DNA of 64,000 nucleotides from an uncultured Micavibrio sp. (GTDB lineage Bacteria; Pseudomonadota; Alphaproteobacteria; Micavibrionales; UBA2020): NCBI GenBank assembly GCA_964534445.1, contig CAZHOE010000003.1, positions 1,201 to 65,200 of the forward strand, read 5' to 3'. Shown piece by piece: positions 57,764 to 64,000 of this stretch (position 1 is its first letter; each line of letters starts with the position of its first letter). The notes under the pieces were generated by a model. It saw only the letters and a program-made list of their open reading frames with translations, ran no database searches and was not told where the DNA came from. The position numbers and the translations under genes were made by a program.

Positions 57764-58845
57764 TGTCGGCGAGTAGTTTCGGCACGCTTTTCAAATACAC
57801 CACATGGGGCGAAAGTCACGGCCCGGCTATCGGCTGCGTTGTCGACGGCGTCCCGCCGCGCATCCCGCTGACGGCGGGAGATATCCAGGTACATCTGGAC
57901 CGGCGCAAGCCCGGTCAAAACCGCTTTACCACCCAGCGACAGGAAGCCGACCAAGTCGAGATCCTGTCCGGTGTTTTCGACGGGCTGACAACGGGCACGC
58001 CGATCAGCCTCATGATCCGCAATACTGATGCGCGGTCAAAAGATTACAGCGACATCCAGCATAAATACCGTCCCGGCCATGCAGATTTTACCTACGATAA
58101 AAAATACGGCATCCGCGACTATCGCGGCGGCGGACGTTCATCTGCACGCGAAACCGCCTGCCGCGTGGCCGCAGGCGCCGTGGCGCTGAAGGTTTTACGT
58201 CATGCGCTGGGGGATCATATCAAGATTCGGGCAGCCGTCACGCAAATCGGCGCTGTGAAAATCAACCGCGATAACTGGCATTGGGATACGGTGCATCATA
58301 ACCCGTTTTTCACACCGGATGCCAATGTCGTGCCGCTGTTTGAACAGCTGATGGACGAAACTCGCAAAAATCTGTCCAGCATCGGCGCGCTCGTCGAGGT
58401 CGTGGCCGAAGGCCTGCCCGCCGGACTGGGCGCGCCGGTGATCGACAAACTGGACGCGGATATTGCCAAGGCGCTGATGAGCATCAATGCCGTGAAGGGG
58501 GTGGAGATCGGTGCAGGATTCGATGTTGTGGCGTTGCCGGGCGAAGTGAATGCCGACCAGATACGGATAAAAGACGGCAAACCGTATTTTCTGACCAATC
58601 ACGCAGGCGGGATTCTGGGCGGGATTTCAACGGGGCAGGATATTGTGGCGCGGATGGCCTTTAAACCGACCAGCTCTTTGCCGCAGCCTTTGCAAACGAT
58701 TACGGATGATGATGCCGAGACGGATATTGCCACCAAAGGGCGGCATGACCCGTGTGTCGGCATTCGCGGCGTGCCGGTGGCCGAAGCGATGATGGCGATT
58801 GTGCTATGTGACCATTGGTTGCGCCACAAAGCCCAGAACCTTTAA
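57763..58845 (+). CDS. aroC: chorismate synthase
   Basis: [33 protein letters not shown] overlap with fabI. Confidence 0.92.
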
Positions 58846-59156
58846 TAATCTTCAGCGAGTGTTGTTTAAAATCAGAATCTTGGCGCGCATAGTTCATGTG
58901 CAAAACGTCGATTCGATGTAAAAAAACGACTTTGGCATAAATGGCATGTGTTGAAAAACAACGATTTTCGGCGGTGGCGTTTACAGAGTCTAATTTCCAT
59001 CTTATTGATATATAATGATATTTATCTTTTTTGAGAGGGCTTTGAAAAAAGACTCGACTCTTATCCACAGAGACATGAAACTCGGACTCAAGGAAAAGCA
59101 CCGCCCAATTTTTTGGCTACGGTGCTCCCCTTAAATACTTCGCTTCGATGATATTG

Positions 59157-59188
59157 CCCCATGTGCGAAAGCATGTGGGGCTTTTTTT
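59157..59188 (+). terminator. strong rho-independent terminator with no ORF immediately upstream
   Basis: 10-bp perfect stem CCCCATGTGC/GCATGTGGGG, GAAA loop, then CTTTTTTT. It lies about 310 nt after the aroC stop. Confidence 0.7.
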
Positions 59189-59297
59189 CTGTCTCGTGGT
59201 GATGTCAAAAATATATCCCCAAAATTCCTGTCGTTCAACATGCAATGTGGGTTAATCTCTTAAAAAATTTTCTGCCCTTACAGATAAAGGTATTGAC

Positions 59298-61265
59298 ATG
59301 ACCGCCTTGCCACAGCGCCGACGCGAAGACAAAATGCCGGGACGTATTTTTACGTTCTTCTATCGTATGTTTTTTATGATCGGCATTGCGGCTTGTATCT
59401 CCTTTGCGTTTTTACTGATAACGCTCTCGCGGCTCACCAGCTTTACGCCGCCGGATCTGCCGGACAATATGTATCTCAGCTATACTTTTAAATCCGACCT
59501 CGCGGAAATGGTGACAAAGCCGTCGATCATGCAGCCGCTGCTGCGCCCTGCCGCCACTTTGCACGATGTTGTCTCCGCGCTGGATCTTGCCGCAAAAGAC
59601 AAACGCGTCAAAGGTTTCACGGCGAAAATAGAAGACATCAATTTTTCTATCGCGCAAATGCAGGAGCTGCGCGATGCCGTGCTGCGTTTTCGCAAAAGCG
59701 GCAAGTTTGCCTATATCTATAGTGACGGCATTGGCGGGTTTTCATCAGGCATGGGGGATTATTATCTGGCCTCCGCCTTTGACCAGATATGGGTGCAGCC
59801 CGTGGGCGTTGTCGCGCTTGGTGGCGTATCGGCAGAAACGCCTTTTGTAAAAGGCGTTTTGGATCATGTCGGCGTGACGGCGCAATTCGCGCATCGCGGC
59901 AAATATAAATCCGCGCCGGAAAGCCTGACGGAAACGGGTATGACCGCGCCGCATCGCGACATGATGGAATCGATCATCAATGATCTGTCAGAACAGATGC
60001 TGGCGGGCATGGCCGAAAGTCGCGGGATGGATCGCGCTGAAATGCAAAAGCTGGCGGACGGCGGCTTGTATGGCGATAAGGAAGCGCTGGCGCTGCGACT
60101 CATCGATCGCATCGGCTATTATGATGAAATGTTGGCGTCCATCGGCAGTGACGACATGGCCGCGCCGGAGAATGATAAAGTCGAGAACGTGGAAGGCGCG
60201 ACCGAAGATGCCGTGCCAGCACAAAAGCCTGACGGCAAGCTGGCAGATGTCGTCGTTGCAAAAGACAAGCCGGAGGCAATCGGCCTGCTCGGCTATTCTT
60301 TCGTCAATGAAACGCAGTCCATTGACCGCGGCGTCAGCGGTTTTGTGTTCAAGCTGATGCGCAAGGAAGCACCGCCGACGGCGCACCGCGATAAATCCAA
60401 AATCGGGCTGATCTTCGCTAGTGGCGAGATTATCCCCTTCCGCCCCCGTGCGCAGGCCGCCTTCGGCAGTGCCTCGATGGAGGCGAATAAGGTTGTTGAG
60501 GCTTTTGCTGAGGCGATTGACGATCCGGATGTGGCCGCGATTGTGTTTCGCATCGATACGCCTGGCGGCTCTCCTTCCGCCGCCGAAAGCATTCGCCGTG
60601 CCATTAAAAAGGCGCAGGAAAAGGGCAAGCCTGTGGTGATTTCCATGAGCAGTTATGCGGCTTCCGGCGGCTATTGGCTTGCCGCACCTGCCGATAAAAT
60701 CGTCGCCCAGCCGGGGACGCTCACCGGTTCCATCGGCGTTTTCGGTGGTAAATTCGTGCTGGCGGGTCTGTGGGACAAAATCGGCGTGAACTGGGAAACG
60801 GTCAGTGCGGGCAAGAATGCCGGTATGTGGTCGTCCAACCGTGCCTTTACCGCGGAAGAACTCGCCAGATTTGATGCTATGCTGGGCTATGTTTATGATG
60901 CGTTTCTGGAACGTGTGATGGAAGGCCGCCACATGACGCGCGAGCAGGCCGAAGCCGTGGCGCAAGGCCGCGTTTATACGGGGCGTCAGGCAAAAGACGT
61001 CGGTCTGGTGGATGAACTGGGCGGACTTGACCGCGCGGTGGCTGTTGCGCGGGAGCTTGCTAAGCTGCCGGCCGATCTGGACGTGCCGCTGAAACGCTTT
61101 CCGCCGCGCAAATCGACGTTGGAAATGTTTATTTCACTGGCAACCGAAGGCGCGCTGTTTAACCCCGACATCAATATCACCGCCAAGGATCTCGTCACGG
61201 CGATCGAGCAATCGGCTGCCGCTAATGACAATGTCCTGATGATGCAGGAAACTTCGATCCGTTAA
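59298..61265 (+). CDS. sppA: signal peptide peptidase SppA, 67K type
   Basis: N-terminal TM segment and two S49 domains (IDTPGGSPSAAE, SMSSYAASGGYWLA). Confidence 0.85.
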   Translation: MTALPQRRREDKMPGRIFTFFYRMFFMIGIAACISFAFLLITLSRLTSFTPPDLPDNMYLSYTFKSDLAEMVTKPSIMQPLLRPAATLHDVVSALDLAAKDKRVKGFTAKIEDINFSIAQMQELRDAVLRFRKSGKFAYIYSDGIGGFSSGMGDYYLASAFDQIWVQPVGVVALGGVSAETPFVKGVLDHVGVTAQFAHRGKYKSAPESLTETGMTAPHRDMMESIINDLSEQMLAGMAESRGMDRAEMQKLADGGLYGDKEALALRLIDRIGYYDEMLASIGSDDMAAPENDKVENVEGATEDAVPAQKPDGKLADVVVAKDKPEAIGLLGYSFVNETQSIDRGVSGFVFKLMRKEAPPTAHRDKSKIGLIFASGEIIPFRPRAQAAFGSASMEANKVVEAFAEAIDDPDVAAIVFRIDTPGGSPSAAESIRRAIKKAQEKGKPVVISMSSYAASGGYWLAAPADKIVAQPGTLTGSIGVFGGKFVLAGLWDKIGVNWETVSAGKNAGMWSSNRAFTAEELARFDAMLGYVYDAFLERVMEGRHMTREQAEAVAQGRVYTGRQAKDVGLVDELGGLDRAVAVARELAKLPADLDVPLKRFPPRKSTLEMFISLATEGALFNPDINITAKDLVTAIEQSAAANDNVLMMQETSIR

Positions 61266-61280
61266 AGGGAACGCGATGAC

Positions 61281-62285
61281 TTAACTGTTGTAACGCTCGC
61301 GGTTGTCAAAGATCAGCCCGCGTTGCATTTCCGCGATCATCATCACGGTGCCGGGGGCAAGCTTTTGCACGCCCAGTACGCTTTGCAGGCTGCTGAAACC
61401 GCTCTTGGGGAAAAAGCGCGGATCATCGTTCCAGATGATATCGTCGCTTTCATCCGCATCGTCAAAAACTGGTAGCGTCCCGGCCACGCGCGGGTCGATC
61501 GGGCTTTGTGCTGTTGTGGCACGGGACGCTTCGGCAGTTGCGGTGTTCGCTTTGGTGGCGGGCTTGGAGGATGTGACCGCAGTGCCAGAAAACTTTTTGT
61601 CAAAATAGGCATAAACTTCGTCAAGACTGCGCGCTTCGCCCGTCTTGTGGTCATAGAATACGTTTTTGTTCGCTTTGGCGGCAGCGGGGAAAAGCTCAGC
61701 CGCTTGGGCATTGCCGTTGATATTGCGGCTGTTCAGGAATTTCGCCGCGCCGCCCGCGCCCATGAAATGTGCGAAATAAAGTTCGGTCGAACCGATCTTG
61801 CCGCCGACGTTGCGTTTCAGGAAATCTTTGTTATCGGCGGTAAATTCACCGGCCATCAGCGCGGCGATTTCAGGATCATTGCGCAGGTTTAAAATTTCTT
61901 CGCGGTCGCAATCTGCCACACAGGGCTTGCCGTTCTTGATTTCGATCTTGTCGGCGTATTCACCCAGGCCGTATTTGTCGCCGTGGTTTTTAACCATATT
62001 CAGCCAGGTGCTTTCGATAAACTGGTAAAGCCCCGTGGCGGAGGAAGTTTTTGCCTTCGCCGTTGGGTTAAAACTGCTTTCGGCGGCAGCTTTTTCCATC
62101 AAAAAGCCGAAATCGACCCCCGTGCGGGCGGAGGCCTTTTGTACGGCCTGAATCACGTTCTGTGATGCAACGCCTTGATATTTTTGTACATTTCCGGCCT
62201 TTGCGGCGCCCAATGCGGCTGTCATACCTAATCTCTCCCTGAATGTGGGGGCTTTTGCCCTCTTTTCTGGAATATAGCCTTGCAA
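61281..62285 (-). CDS. lytic transglycosylase (SLT) domain protein
   Basis: AAAESSFNP...ATGLYQFIESTW catalytic region. An alternative start exists at M21 (62225). Confidence 0.7.
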   Translation of the reverse strand: MQGYIPEKRAKAPTFRERLGMTAALGAAKAGNVQKYQGVASQNVIQAVQKASARTGVDFGFLMEKAAAESSFNPTAKAKTSSATGLYQFIESTWLNMVKNHGDKYGLGEYADKIEIKNGKPCVADCDREEILNLRNDPEIAALMAGEFTADNKDFLKRNVGGKIGSTELYFAHFMGAGGAAKFLNSRNINGNAQAAELFPAAAKANKNVFYDHKTGEARSLDEVYAYFDKKFSGTAVTSSKPATKANTATAEASRATTAQSPIDPRVAGTLPVFDDADESDDIIWNDDPRFFPKSGFSSLQSVLGVQKLAPGTVMMIAEMQRGLIFDNRERYNS

Positions 62286-62381
62286 GCCCCGTGCCAGATG
62301 CGCCCGGATGCGTGATGACTAGGCTTCGCGACATAAATCTTTATACTGAATGCGTGAAAGAACCTAAGGAGTTTCAAAGCC

Positions 62382-64000
62382 ATGGCCTATACCGTCCCCG
62401 TCCGCGAAATGCGTTTCGTCCTCGACCAGATTGTCGATATGGAAGCACTGGCCGTCTTGCCGGGCTACGACCATGCGACTCCGGATGTGGTGGAAGCCGT
62501 GCTGACGGAAGCGGCGCGCGTCGCAGGCGATGTCTGGGCGCCGACGAATAAGGCGGGGGATAAGGAAACCTCCAAAATTGATAACGGTAGTGTTAAAACG
62601 CCGACAGGTTTTAAAGATGCCTATAAGCAATTTGCCGATGGCGGCTGGAATGCCGTTGTCTGCCCACCGGAATTTGGCGGGCAGGGGCTGCCCTGGGCGC
62701 TCGGCATGGCCGTGAATGAAATGTGGCAATCGGCGAACCTTGCACTCAGTCTGTGCCCGCTTTTGACCGCAGCCGCAATCGAGGCGATTGAAAAACACGG
62801 TACGGATGATCAAAAGAAAACCTATTTGCCGCATCTTATCTCAGGCCATTGGACGGGCACAATGAACCTGACCGAACCGCAGGCAGGCACCGACCTTGCG
62901 GCCATTCGCACAACCGCGACCAAAAACGGCGATCACTATTTGATGAAGGGACAAAAAATCTTCATCACCTTTGGCGAACATGATTTCACGGATAATATTA
63001 TTCACTTGGTGCTGGCACGTATCGACGGGCTGCCGGAAGGGAATGACGGCCTTGGGCTTTTCATCGTACCAAAATTTCTCGTGAATGCAGACGGCAGTTT
63101 GGGCGCGCATAATGATGTAAAGGCGGTTTCGCTGGAACACAAGCTGGGTATCCATGGCTCTCCCACCTGTGTGATGCAGTATGGCGAAAAAGACGGTGCG
63201 ATAGCCTATCTTGTCGGCGAAGAAGGCAAGGGTCTGCGCAATATGTTTACCATGATGAATAACGCGCGCATCGCCGTTGGCTTGCAGGGCGTGGCTTTGT
63301 CTGAAGCGGCCTATCAGCATGCGCTGGCCTATGCGCGTGACCGCGTACAATGCGCACGCCTGGGCGATAAAACCGGCACGCGCGTGGCGATTATCGAACA
63401 CCCTGATGTGCGCCGCATGCTCCTGACAATGAAAGCAAACACCGAGGCATCGCGGGCGCTGGCCTATTACGCGGGCGGGATGCTGGATCGCTTGCGCCAT
63501 GGCGCGGATGCGGATACCCGCGCCGCTGCCGAAGCCCGTGCGGATTTGCTGACCCCGCTGGTCAAGTCATGGGCGACCGATCTGGCGCTGGAAACAACAT
63601 CGGCGGGTATTCAGATACACGGCGGTATGGGGTTTATTGAGGAAACGGGCGCGGCGCAGTTCTACCGCGATGCACGCATCCTGTCGATTTACGAAGGCAC
63701 CAACGGTATTCAGGCGAACGATCTGGTTTTCCGCAAAGTGCTGCGCGATGGCGGCGCGGAGGCAAAAAAATTTATTGCTGAAATGCAGGACTATCTCAAA
63801 ACGCTGACCGAAAAGCCCAGTGATGATCTGGATGTCATTCAAGGCGCGCTGGACAAAGCCGTTGCGGCGCTCATCGAAACAACGGACTGGATCTTGGCCA
63901 ATGCCAAATCCAATACCGATGCGGTCGCGGCCGGCGCGGTTGCCTATCAGCGCCAATTCTCTGTCGTTGCGGGGGGATACATGATGGCGCGTCTGGCCAA
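62382..64000 (+). CDS. large acyl-CoA dehydrogenase (FadE/AidB-like), 3'-truncated by the window end
   Basis: Not in the ORF track because no stop falls in the window. AAGGAG lies 10 nt before the ATG. My translation: MAYTVPVREMRFVLDQ...NLTEPQAGTDLAA...IHGGMGFIEETGAAQFYRDARILSIYEGTNGIQ. Confidence 0.85.
   Translation, partial: MAYTVPVREMRFVLDQIVDMEALAVLPGYDHATPDVVEAVLTEAARVAGDVWAPTNKAGDKETSKIDNGSVKTPTGFKDAYKQFADGGWNAVVCPPEFGGQGLPWALGMAVNEMWQSANLALSLCPLLTAAAIEAIEKHGTDDQKKTYLPHLISGHWTGTMNLTEPQAGTDLAAIRTTATKNGDHYLMKGQKIFITFGEHDFTDNIIHLVLARIDGLPEGNDGLGLFIVPKFLVNADGSLGAHNDVKAVSLEHKLGIHGSPTCVMQYGEKDGAIAYLVGEEGKGLRNMFTMMNNARIAVGLQGVALSEAAYQHALAYARDRVQCARLGDKTGTRVAIIEHPDVRRMLLTMKANTEASRALAYYAGGMLDRLRHGADADTRAAAEARADLLTPLVKSWATDLALETTSAGIQIHGGMGFIEETGAAQFYRDARILSIYEGTNGIQANDLVFRKVLRDGGAEAKKFIAEMQDYLKTLTEKPSDDLDVIQGALDKAVAALIETTDWILANAKSNTDAVAAGAVAYQRQFSVVAGGYMMARLA

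Noticed and set aside
59988-60965. 325-aa minus-strand ORF
   Set aside because: Antisense to sppA.
62364-63956. Three minus-strand ORFs (156, 219 and 129 aa)
   Set aside because: They lie opposite an uninterrupted plus-strand frame starting at 62382. That frame has a strong AAGGAG RBS and clear acyl-CoA dehydrogenase motifs, and it is missing from the track only because it has no stop inside the window.
1-64000. CRISPR arrays, IS elements/transposases, prophage genes, rRNA
   Set aside because: No regularly spaced direct repeats were seen, no DDE or serine/tyrosine recombinase-like ORFs, no phage structural genes and no rRNA-like sequence.

Overview
Densely coding 64-kb chromosomal window with Proteobacteria-type, probably alphaproteobacterial, housekeeping content. 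All family calls come from motifs read by eye in the supplied translations; no searches were run. Core blocks: (1) ssb, xseA, tadA and an rluB-like gene (2.7-6.6 kb); (2) valine-catabolism mmsA/acyl-CoA dehydrogenase/mmsB (22.5-26.1 kb); (3) dnaK, yggS and an lpoA-like/rsmI/yraN/BON block syntenic with E. coli yraLMNP (30.6-37 kb); (4) ettA, mlaC-mlaA and lptG-lptF divergent from pepA (42.8-50 kb); (5) holC, M23 peptidase, fabI-aroC, sppA, SLT transglycosylase and a 3'-truncated acyl-CoA dehydrogenase (54-64 kb). Two tRNAs: Arg(ACG) at 9559-9635 and Cys(GCA) at 20981-21054. The main accessory region is about 9.6-20.2 kb, between tRNA-Arg and yaiI. It carries three 5'-truncated rhs remnants, including an orphan Rhs C-terminal toxin with a small immunity-like ORF. 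It also carries an ankyrin-repeat gene pair divergent from a LysR regulator across an extremely AT-rich spacer, and a QseBC-type two-component pair. The most interesting locus is a three-gene operon on the minus strand: a thermostable-hemolysin-like (GNAT-like) acyltransferase, an adenylating enzyme fused to a heme-oxygenase-like diiron oxidase, and an SDR fused to a TPR module. I read it as a candidate uncharacterised lipid-like metabolite or signal system. Both fusion junctions sit on homopolymer runs where a 1-nt contraction would restore canonical separate genes. Smaller accessory items: a TPS-domain/beta-helix exoprotein without a TpsB partner, a sulfotransferase/GT2/GT25 glycan islet, an orphan Rap1a/Tai4-like immunity gene, an esterase homologue lacking its nucleophile Ser, and a tri-functional LplT-PlsC-Aas fusion inserted between pepA and holC. 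No CRISPR array, integrase, transposase or rRNA was seen. Many long ORFs in the track are antisense shadows of real genes.
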